Positions 31,676 through 39,335 of a stretch of 64,000 nucleotides of DNA are shown piece after piece; position 1 is the first letter of the stretch; every line of letters begins with the position of its first letter. Source of the stretch: Desulfatiglandales bacterium (GTDB taxonomy: Bacteria; Desulfobacterota; DSM-4660; Desulfatiglandales; HGW-15). Where the stretch lies: the NCBI GenBank assembly GCA_963667015.2, contig CAXXJJ010000004.1, positions 2,400,001-2,464,000 of the forward strand, given 5' to 3'. The position numbers were made by a program, and so were the translations under genes. The notes under the pieces are model-generated. The model saw only the letters and a program-made list of their open reading frames with translations, did not search any database and was not told the DNA's origin.

Positions 31676-33592
31676 ATGTCAGAAATAGAAACAGAAAAAA
31701 ATATTCCCGAAGAGGTAAAAGTAGGCGTTTATGTCTGCCACTGTGGCGGTAATATTTCAAATACGGTTGATGTAGAAAAAGTGGTTGAGGCCGCCGAAAA
31801 GATGCATGGTGTTACTGTTTCCACACACTTCATGTTCATGTGTTCTGACCCGGGTCAGGATCTTATAATAAATGATATTAAAGAAGGAAAAATAAACCGG
31901 GTGGTTGTTGCAGCATGCGCACCCAGCCTTCACGAACTTACCTTCAGGAACGCCATAGCCCGTTCAGGGGTTCTCAACCCTTACCTTTATGTCCATGCAA
32001 ATATTAGGGAACAGGTGAGCTTTGTTCATTCAGGAGAAGCAGCCACAGAAAAGGCAATAGCAATAGTTGCAGCGGCCGTTGGAAAAGTATCGGAGATACC
32101 CCCCCTTGAAACCATCAGCGTTGATGTAACCGGCCATGCAACAGTCATAGGCGCCGGCGTGGCAGGTCTCAGGTCTGCACTTGATATGGCAAAAAGGGGA
32201 CTAAAAGTAGCCCTTGTAGAAAAGACTCCTTTCCTGGGAGGCCAGACCGCGCTGCTTAACAAGCTGTTCCCTTACGGCGACAAGGCAGGTGATGTAATCG
32301 GCACACTTGCCAGGGCCGTTCTCACTCATCCCGGTATAACTGTTTATACCTGTGCCGAGATTACCAGGCAGGAAGGGTATATCGGAAACTTCAAGCTTAC
32401 CATAACACGAAGGCCGCCCGAACTGGAACAGGAGCTTACCAACATAGAAAAGGCAGCCTCTTCAGGAAATGAATTTATTCCATTTACAGGGGTGTTTCAT
32501 AATTCACCTCCCGAGGCCAGGGAGGATTTCGATATTGATACCGGAGCCATTGTTATAGCAACAGGCTTTGCAAGTCATATCCCAAGAAAAGGAGAATACG
32601 GCTACCAGGAATTTCCAGAGGTTATAACTTTAAGAGACCTTGTTAAAGAACTCGCAGAAAACAACGACAGCGGGGATTACCTTATAATAAAGGGAAAGAC
32701 TATAAGGAACATGGCCATGATTCACTGTGTCGGCTCCCGGCAGGTTGAGGGAATTCACGAACCGGATGAAAAAGGCTTTTTAAACGCAAACTGTTCCCGA
32801 ACATGCTGTACAGGGCTTCTGTATTCTGCGCTTGAGATAAAAAACAGGCATCCTGAAACCGATATATTCAGCATATACCGTGATATCAGGACATACGGAA
32901 GGTCACACGAAGAAATCTATGCAGAGGCATCAGGTAAAGGCGTCAGATTTATCCGCTATAATGTGGAAAATCAGCCGGTAGTAAAGAAAAATGGTGATGG
33001 ATATGCCCTTTCAGTATTTGCAAAAGATAACCTGCTGCAAAATGAAGAGCTTGAAGTACCGGTTGATCTGGTTGTCCTTGCAACGGGAATGAAGCCCGGA
33101 GAGATTGAACCGCTTATAGATCTGCTCAAGATTCACTGCGGTGCAGACGGCTTTCTGCTTGAGGTCCATCCCAAGCTCAGGCCGGTAGAGGTATTCACTG
33201 CAGGTATTTTTCTCGCAGGATCATGTCAGGCGCCCATGGATGTAACAGAGGCAACTGCTGCCGCTGCGGCAGCCGCATCCAAGGCCTCCATACTCCTTTC
33301 CAGGGGAGAGGTCAACCTGGAGCCCTATGTTTCAAAGGTAGATAAAGAGCAATGCGCAAAATGTCTCACATGTGTAAGGGCATGTCCCTTTGATGTTCCC
33401 GTCATAGAAGAAGACGGCGCCTACATCAACCCTGCCGCCTGTTACGGGTGCGGGGCCTGTGTATCGGCATGTCCCGGCGGTGCAATATCAATTGCACACT
33501 ATGATAATATTGAAATAGGCTCGCAGATAAAAGGGGCCATCACTTCGGGTATAATTTCACCTGAAGAAAACAATTTACAAACAGGAGGTTAG
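31676..33592 (+). CDS. hdrA: HdrA-like FAD/[4Fe-4S] protein (N-terminal CHCGGNI domain, C-terminal ferredoxin)
   Basis: GVYVCHCGGNI, MCSDPGQ, ANIREQ, GAGVAG, HCVGSR, CSRTCC, HPKLRPVE, CYGCGACVSACP. Confidence 0.88.
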   Translation: MSEIETEKNIPEEVKVGVYVCHCGGNISNTVDVEKVVEAAEKMHGVTVSTHFMFMCSDPGQDLIINDIKEGKINRVVVAACAPSLHELTFRNAIARSGVLNPYLYVHANIREQVSFVHSGEAATEKAIAIVAAAVGKVSEIPPLETISVDVTGHATVIGAGVAGLRSALDMAKRGLKVALVEKTPFLGGQTALLNKLFPYGDKAGDVIGTLARAVLTHPGITVYTCAEITRQEGYIGNFKLTITRRPPELEQELTNIEKAASSGNEFIPFTGVFHNSPPEAREDFDIDTGAIVIATGFASHIPRKGEYGYQEFPEVITLRDLVKELAENNDSGDYLIIKGKTIRNMAMIHCVGSRQVEGIHEPDEKGFLNANCSRTCCTGLLYSALEIKNRHPETDIFSIYRDIRTYGRSHEEIYAEASGKGVRFIRYNVENQPVVKKNGDGYALSVFAKDNLLQNEELEVPVDLVVLATGMKPGEIEPLIDLLKIHCGADGFLLEVHPKLRPVEVFTAGIFLAGSCQAPMDVTEATAAAAAAASKASILLSRGEVNLEPYVSKVDKEQCAKCLTCVRACPFDVPVIEEDGAYINPAACYGCGACVSACPGGAISIAHYDNIEIGSQIKGAITSGIISPEENNLQTGG

Positions 33593-33595
33593 ATC

Positions 33596-34030
33596 TTGTC
33601 TGATTTCGAACCTAAAATAATAGTATTCTGCTGCCAGTTTTGAGGATATACAGCCGCGGACCTGGCAGGTTCATTACGTTTAGAATATCCGTCCAATGTA
33701 AGGGTTGTAAAACTCCCCTGCACAGGGAGAATTACACCAAAGCTCCTTTTAAAGGCTATTGAGGAGGGGGCTGATGGTGCATATGGAGTTGGATGTCTGG
33801 AAGGAGAGTGCCATTATATTGATGGTAATATAAAGGCGCGAAGGGTTATTAACTATACAAAAAAGATACTTGAGTCTGTCGGGGTAGAGCCTGAAAGGGT
33901 TGCAATGTATAATCTCAGCGCCTCAGACGGCCCTCTCTTTGCCAAATATGCCAATGAGTTTACTGAAATAATAAGACCCCTGGGACCAACCTACAAGCCT
34001 CAGGGTGATAAAGAGGTAGTAAATGGCTAA
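33596..34030 (+). CDS. mvhD: MvhD/FlpD-like [2Fe-2S] hydrogenase delta subunit with in-frame TGA (probable selenocysteine, codon 16)
   Basis: TTG start after AGGAGG gives MSDFEPKIIVFCCQF[TGA]GYTAADLAG...LPCTGR...GADG..GCLEGECHY.DGN...EPERV...LGP and ends at TAA 34028-30. TGA at 33641-43 sits at a position that is Cys in the family. Confidence 0.9.
33644..33672 (+). promoter_or_regulatory. candidate bacterial SECIS element
   Basis: Hairpin GGACCU-GGC-AGGUUC whose G-starting loop lies about 20 nt after the UGA. Confidence 0.6.
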
Positions 34031-34340
34031 AGACAGTTCTAAAAAGTCATCAAAAGACAGCAAAGAAAAACTTAAGGCACTTAGGGAAGAACGCAGTGCG
34101 ATAATTGACCGAAACAAAGAAATTTTAAAAAAACAGAACAGTGAAACCGGTTTAATCAAGAAAAGCCTTAAAGAAGGAAGCAAAACCATTCCTGAACTGG
34201 CCACAGCAACAGGTCTTAAAAGTGATCAGGTCCTTTATTATGTTTCGGCCATGAAAAAATATGGTGAAATAGAAGATGCCGGTCATGCCGGGGATTATCT
34301 CAAATATTCACTGATTGAAAAAAAGAAGGCTGCAAAATAA
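34023..34340 (+). CDS. small basic winged-helix-like protein coupled to mvhD
   Basis: KTIPELATATGL...VLYYVSAMKKYGEI (wHTH-like); overlaps the mvhD stop. Confidence 0.65.
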   Translation: MAKDSSKKSSKDSKEKLKALREERSAIIDRNKEILKKQNSETGLIKKSLKEGSKTIPELATATGLKSDQVLYYVSAMKKYGEIEDAGHAGDYLKYSLIEKKKAAK

Positions 34341-34345
34341 GATTT

Positions 34346-34374
34346 ATAGAGACGCCCAGCTTGGGCGTCTCTAT
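34346..34374. repeat. REP-like palindrome, probably a bidirectional terminator between convergent genes
   Basis: ATAGAGACGCCCA-GCT-TGGGCGTCTCTAT, a 13-bp perfect stem. Confidence 0.6.
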
Positions 34375-34414
34375 GAACATGATCACACCCACAGGAAGTG
34401 GGATTTAATCCGGA

Positions 34415-35374
34415 TTAAATGGATTGACATTCCTGGATACATGACCCTTCATTGGGTTCAATCTGAAGTGTCGTATGCTCTATCCCGAATTTTTCCCTTA
34501 TAAGCTTATTGGCATCACTGAGGCAGTCCTGCCAGTGGTTTGTATCCGCGCAACAGGTGGCAAGGCGTATATGTGCCGATAGCACCGGCATCCCGGAGGT
34601 TATGGTCCATATATGAAGATCATGAACCTCGTCAATATGCTCCATAGCCTCAAGGCTTTCCTTTACCTCAATGTAATCGATATTCTCAGGTGTTGCCTCA
34701 AGCAGGATATTCATGGTCTGTTTAAGAAAACCCCAGCTGCTCCAGAGTATAAGGAGGCCTATTACCATACTAGCGATAGCGTCAATTGGGAGCCACCCTG
34801 TTGTCATAATCACCAGACCGGCGATTATTGCGCCGACAGATCCAAGGGCATCTGCCACCATGTGAAGAAATGCACCCCTCAGGTTTACATTATCTTCATG
34901 CCCTTTTGCCAGAATAACAGCACTTGCCAGGTTTGCAATTAGACCGAATATGGCGATAAGGATCATGACAGGTCCGTCAATGGTCTGAGTACTTTCCAGT
35001 CTTTTCCAGGACTCGTAAAGGATAAACCCGACGATTAATACAAGGGTTGCGCCGTTGAGGAAGGCACCCAGCACCTCGGCACGGAGAAGTCCGAAGGTCC
35101 TGTTGGGAGTTGCCGGCCTTCTTGCCAGATGGGCAACAAATATGGCAAGGGCAAGGGCTCCGACATCCGTAAGCATATGCCCTGCGTCTGCGAGAAGTGC
35201 CAGAGAATTGACCATCAGGCCGCCTGCAACCTCTACCACAAGAAATACAAGGTTGATTGCAAAGGCCCACCACAACCTGCCGTAGGGAGTACTCTTCAGG
35301 TCATGGCTGTGGTCATGGTGACCGTCATGGTCGTGGCCGTGGTCATCGTGATTATGGGCATGTTGTTCAGCCAC
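34415..35374 (-). CDS. cation diffusion facilitator (CzcD/ZitB-like Zn/Co/Cd exporter)
   Basis: His-rich N-terminus, SLALLADAGHMLTD, AFLHMVADALGS, VHDLHIW, HTTLQIE. Confidence 0.93.
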   Translation of the reverse strand: MAEQHAHNHDDHGHDHDGHHDHSHDLKSTPYGRLWWAFAINLVFLVVEVAGGLMVNSLALLADAGHMLTDVGALALAIFVAHLARRPATPNRTFGLLRAEVLGAFLNGATLVLIVGFILYESWKRLESTQTIDGPVMILIAIFGLIANLASAVILAKGHEDNVNLRGAFLHMVADALGSVGAIIAGLVIMTTGWLPIDAIASMVIGLLILWSSWGFLKQTMNILLEATPENIDYIEVKESLEAMEHIDEVHDLHIWTITSGMPVLSAHIRLATCCADTNHWQDCLSDANKLIREKFGIEHTTLQIEPNEGSCIQECQSI

Positions 35375-35552
35375 CTGACACCTCCTGTTATTGTCTATCT
35401 GGTTCTCCTGTAGAGAAAGGTTCTTGTCGCGCCATAGCCTGAAGACGAAGGCGGATAAAACCTGTCTCCAGGGTTTCCTGCCTTAATATATTCCGAATAC
35501 TATACCTCAAAATAAGCATAAAATCAGAAAGTACGATAAATATCAGAAAAAA

Positions 35553-36166
35553 TCAGAAGGTGATCTTTAAAATCTGCCCGAGTATTTCCCGGGGTTCGGG
35601 GGCAATCCAGTCGAGGACCTCCCCTCCCCTGTCTTCGTTAAAATACTCGCACAGGCTCTCAAAGGGGGAGCGAACCGGGTCTGATATAAAGACCTGTTTA
35701 ACCCCTGCCCTTTTTGCCCTGAGGATAAGATTCTTTAACAGATCAGTCATATCGTCCCAGAAGCAGATATCCGCCCCAAGTAAAATATCATATTTTTCAA
35801 GGTCTTTTTTACGCAGCTGCTCAAATCCTTTTTGAATAAAATCCACTTTGACATTATTGATTTCAGCGTGAAGCATACCGTAGGGAAGCACATTTCTGTC
35901 TATATCTGCACCGGTTGCCACTGCCTTATGTTTTTTTGCACAATATGTGCTTAAAAGTCCCCACCCGCACCCAACCTCAAGAATACGGCTTCCTTTGGAA
36001 GCCCCTTGCGCCTGAAATAGTCCATTAAAAGCCAGCTTGACCACCAGAACCTGTTTCCATGACTGTTGGGCCTGAACTGCCGCTTTAGACTCCTTATGGC
36101 AGGGTGTGGAGAAAGAAGTACTTTTATACCATAGGCGTTTAGCTCTTTTTTTATCTGTCTTTTCAT
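35553..36166 (-). pseudogene. class I SAM-dependent (protein-lysine-type) methyltransferase split by a 1-nt frameshift near 35992-35998
   Basis: One frame gives MKRQIKKELNAYGIKVL...HGNRFWWSSWLLMDYFRRKGLPK. The -1 frame continues GSRILEVGCGWG...DILLGADICFWD. The junction reads CTT CCA AAG GAA. Confidence 0.75.
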
Positions 36167-36336
36167 TTTTATGGCTATTTTTAAAATTTTGTGAATTATA
36201 TACTATCTTTGTTTTAATAGAATCCATTATTCTATTGATATTACGACACGGTTGACGTGAGGTGATATATAATATATGAACCCCCGGCGTCAACCGTACA
36301 TAAATTAAAACACCCCTGATAAAGGAGAAAATATAA

Positions 36337-37203
36337 ATGGAAAAGGTTGTAATTGATGGGATCGAACTCTCGCTTACCCACCCGGTAGAGATACCCATGG
36401 ACTGGGTGGGGCAGGAGGAACTGGTCACACAGCTGCTTGCTGCATGGCTTGTACTTGGGAAAGATGATCTTCCCCTTAATCCGAGACTTCTGGGAAAACC
36501 CGGTGTTGGAAAAACAACACTTGCATATCATGCCGGCAAAATGATGAATAAATCCGTGTATCTCTTTCAGGCCACCATGGATACGCGCCCCGAGGACCTG
36601 ATAGTCACACCGGTTATCTCGGAAAACGGAAAGATCAAATATATAGCCAGCTCCATTGTATCGGCCATGATCAAGGGAGGGGTGGCTGTAATTGATGAAG
36701 GCAACCGAATGAGTGAAAAAAGCTGGGCATCTCTTGCTCCGCTTATGGATAACAGGCGGTATGTCGAATCAGTCGTAGCAGGCATAAAAATCAAGGCTCA
36801 TCCTGATTTCAGATTGTGTGCAACAATGAATGACGATGCCAGCACATTTGATCTCCCGGATTATATATACTCAAGGCTCCAGCCCGGAATTGTACTGGAC
36901 TTTCCCGAACGTGATGATGAACTGCTGATATTAAAAAAGAACCTGCCATTTGCCGATGAAGAAATCCTTGAGTACGTTGTTGAGTTCCTGCAGGCAGCCC
37001 ATTCTGCAAACGAGCGTTACAGCGTACGTGACGGGATCAATATCGCAAGGTACGCCCTTAAACGCATGTCTGAGCACGGCATCAAGGATAAGGCTGAAAC
37101 CGATGCCATGACTCTCGAGTACCTTGGTGAATCGGCAGGAATGATCCTTGATCCCATGGCAGCAGAATATTTTAATGAGATGATGGACTTTGAGGATGAA
37201 TAA
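36337..37203 (+). CDS. MoxR/CbbQ-type AAA+ ATPase (AAA_5-like)
   Basis: Walker A GKPGVGKT, Walker B VAVIDEGNR, AHPDFRLCATMN. Confidence 0.85.
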   Translation: MEKVVIDGIELSLTHPVEIPMDWVGQEELVTQLLAAWLVLGKDDLPLNPRLLGKPGVGKTTLAYHAGKMMNKSVYLFQATMDTRPEDLIVTPVISENGKIKYIASSIVSAMIKGGVAVIDEGNRMSEKSWASLAPLMDNRRYVESVVAGIKIKAHPDFRLCATMNDDASTFDLPDYIYSRLQPGIVLDFPERDDELLILKKNLPFADEEILEYVVEFLQAAHSANERYSVRDGINIARYALKRMSEHGIKDKAETDAMTLEYLGESAGMILDPMAAEYFNEMMDFEDE

Positions 37204-39013
37204 TAATCATCTGCAATGGCAGAATATCCGTTTGCTGCCCATGGTGCATGGGAAAATGGAGTTCGCCCTTGAGGTTCGAAGGCAGTTCAGGGAGTATCAG
37301 CCCGATATCATAGCAGTTGAATATCCTTCCACACTGAAAGACCGGATCATCCAGGGAGTAAAGCGGCTCCCTCTCCTGTCTGTAGTGCATTACAAAGAAT
37401 CAGACGGCATCTTTACATATCTTCTTGTTGAGCCTGCCGACCCCCTGGTTGAGGCAGTGAGGCTTGGAATCGAATCGAATATACCTCTTCACTTTATTGA
37501 CCGGGACACGGAGGATTATCCTGCTGATTATACGCCCATGCCTGATTCCTATGCCCTTACAAAGATAGGCCACTACAGTTATATCAAGGAATATATACGT
37601 GAACACAGGGATGACAAAAGCAGCAGGGAAGATACCTTAAGAGAAAAGAACATGGCCTATAACCTGCAAAAACTCAATAAAACAGGTAAAAAGGTCCTTT
37701 TTGTGGGAGGGATTTACCATTCTCCCAGAATACTAACGATGCTGGATGAGCCCCAGACAGAGGTAATAGGCATAAGAAAAAGGACAGGAGTCGGCCTGTC
37801 ACATATACACCGGGAATCCAGCAGAGAGATCCTCTCTGAAATGCCCTTTTTATTGGCCGAATACGAAAACCATCGTTCTGCACCTGATGGTGAAGAACCG
37901 GACAGGATGAAGATCAACAACCGGCTGATCGAGGAAGCAAAAAGAAGATTATGGAAAAATGACAGGGAAGAACTGTCCCCTGTACAGATTGAAATACTTA
38001 ACAGGTTTGCCAGAAATTACGCCGCCATTACAGGCAATCTTGTGCCCGATTTTTATCAGCTCATAGTTGCAGCCAGGGGAATTGCGGATGACAATTTCGC
38101 CTGGGAGGTTTGGGACAGGGGCAGCGAGTATCCATGGCAGACCGAAGAACCTGACATTCCTGTGATCCGGCTGTCAGGTGATGATCTGTTTTTTGACCAG
38201 AGAAAAATCAAGTTCCATCGAAGGATAAAGGGAACCCGGAAACGCCTGATTTCTGTGCCAGTAAAAAAACGGCGGAGAGAAACGACAAAGGGAGAATGGA
38301 AGGACCGTTTCAGGGGAGAACACATATGTTCATACCCTCCGGAGGATATTGTAATCGAAGGGTACGGCCATCATCTTCAAAAGAGGGCTATAGAAATCAA
38401 GTCAGAGGAAAACAGCAGGGTTGTCCCTTTTACAAGCTCAATGATGGACGGGCTGGACCTTAGAGAGACAATAAAGAATTTTCACGAGGGAAAGATATAC
38501 GTCAGGGAAAATCGTCCGCTCAGGGGCAAAGTAGGCTCTGTGGTTGTTATATTTGATCCGGACATGCCTGACAGGGACGGTAATGAGTCTTTTCCATGGA
38601 AGGTCACATGGCTTGGTGAGCATAACCAGGAATCGGATATGGCCTTTTACAGCACCCCAGCCGGTGATGTTATGGACGGCCCCGGAATCAGCAGGTGCCA
38701 GTATGGCGGATTTATGCTGAGTTACCCGCCCATGAGGGTTTATGATGTGTGGAAGGATAATTTTTTCAGCGGTGCAAGGAATAAACCCGAAAGACTTTTA
38801 ATGGCAGCCATTGACTACTGCCTGGAAAAACATGTTGTATATGTAGCACCGACGCCTCCGACCGGATGGTGTAGAAGTATTGCAGAGAGATACGGGAAAA
38901 ATATAATCTACATACCTATCGGTACAATACCGCCGGCCACCCTTAAGAAAATTCGAAAATTCCATGTCCTGGACGGACATCATGTCAGGGACTATGCAAC
39001 TGAGTATATTTAG
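37190..39013 (+). CDS. hypothetical protein with TIKI/TraB-like N-terminal domain
   Basis: LPMVH...QPDIIAVEYP, FIDRD, REKNMAYNL, VLFVGGIYH; overlaps the AAA stop. Confidence 0.55.
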   Translation: MRMNNNHLQWQNIRLLPMVHGKMEFALEVRRQFREYQPDIIAVEYPSTLKDRIIQGVKRLPLLSVVHYKESDGIFTYLLVEPADPLVEAVRLGIESNIPLHFIDRDTEDYPADYTPMPDSYALTKIGHYSYIKEYIREHRDDKSSREDTLREKNMAYNLQKLNKTGKKVLFVGGIYHSPRILTMLDEPQTEVIGIRKRTGVGLSHIHRESSREILSEMPFLLAEYENHRSAPDGEEPDRMKINNRLIEEAKRRLWKNDREELSPVQIEILNRFARNYAAITGNLVPDFYQLIVAARGIADDNFAWEVWDRGSEYPWQTEEPDIPVIRLSGDDLFFDQRKIKFHRRIKGTRKRLISVPVKKRRRETTKGEWKDRFRGEHICSYPPEDIVIEGYGHHLQKRAIEIKSEENSRVVPFTSSMMDGLDLRETIKNFHEGKIYVRENRPLRGKVGSVVVIFDPDMPDRDGNESFPWKVTWLGEHNQESDMAFYSTPAGDVMDGPGISRCQYGGFMLSYPPMRVYDVWKDNFFSGARNKPERLLMAAIDYCLEKHVVYVAPTPPTGWCRSIAERYGKNIIYIPIGTIPPATLKKIRKFHVLDGHHVRDYATEYI

Positions 39014-39048
39014 CCGCCAACCAATTATATTACAGGATGTTATAAAAA

Positions 39049-39282
39049 ATGGATACATGCAGGCATCAGAAACTTGTTCTTATAAAACAGGACAAAAACA
39101 AGCTGAGATGCACCCATTGCCACCTGACTATAAACGAGGATGAGCTGGAGACAGATTACTGCCCGGAGTGCTGGGATGCAGAGAGGGTAAAAAGAAGGGA
39201 TTTTGAAAAGGTTGATCAAAAAGAGAGTGAAACCGACATATACCGGTGTGAGGAATGCGGTGCGGAAATAAGGATACAGTAA
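39049..39282 (+). CDS. small zinc-finger protein
   Basis: CRH, CTHC, CPEC, CEEC. Confidence 0.7.
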   Translation: MDTCRHQKLVLIKQDKNKLRCTHCHLTINEDELETDYCPECWDAERVKRRDFEKVDQKESETDIYRCEECGAEIRIQ

Positions 39283-39320
39283 CAAAAAACGCCCTTTTAA
39301 AAAGGGCGTTTTTTGTTACT
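39278..39320. terminator. bidirectional terminator (near-perfect palindrome)
   Basis: AGTAACAAAAAACGCCCTTTT-A-AAAAGGGCGTTTTTTGTTACT between convergent genes. Confidence 0.85.
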
Positions 39321-39335
39321 TATATTGTTTTCCGT

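Noticed and set aside
30303..33592. Selenocysteine in the HdrA genes
   Set aside because: Both frames are open with no internal TGA; only mvhD has one.
35553..36428. 291-aa ORF as called in the track
   Set aside because: Its N-terminal half is the wrong frame and overlaps the AAA gene. The real gene starts at 36166 and is frameshifted.
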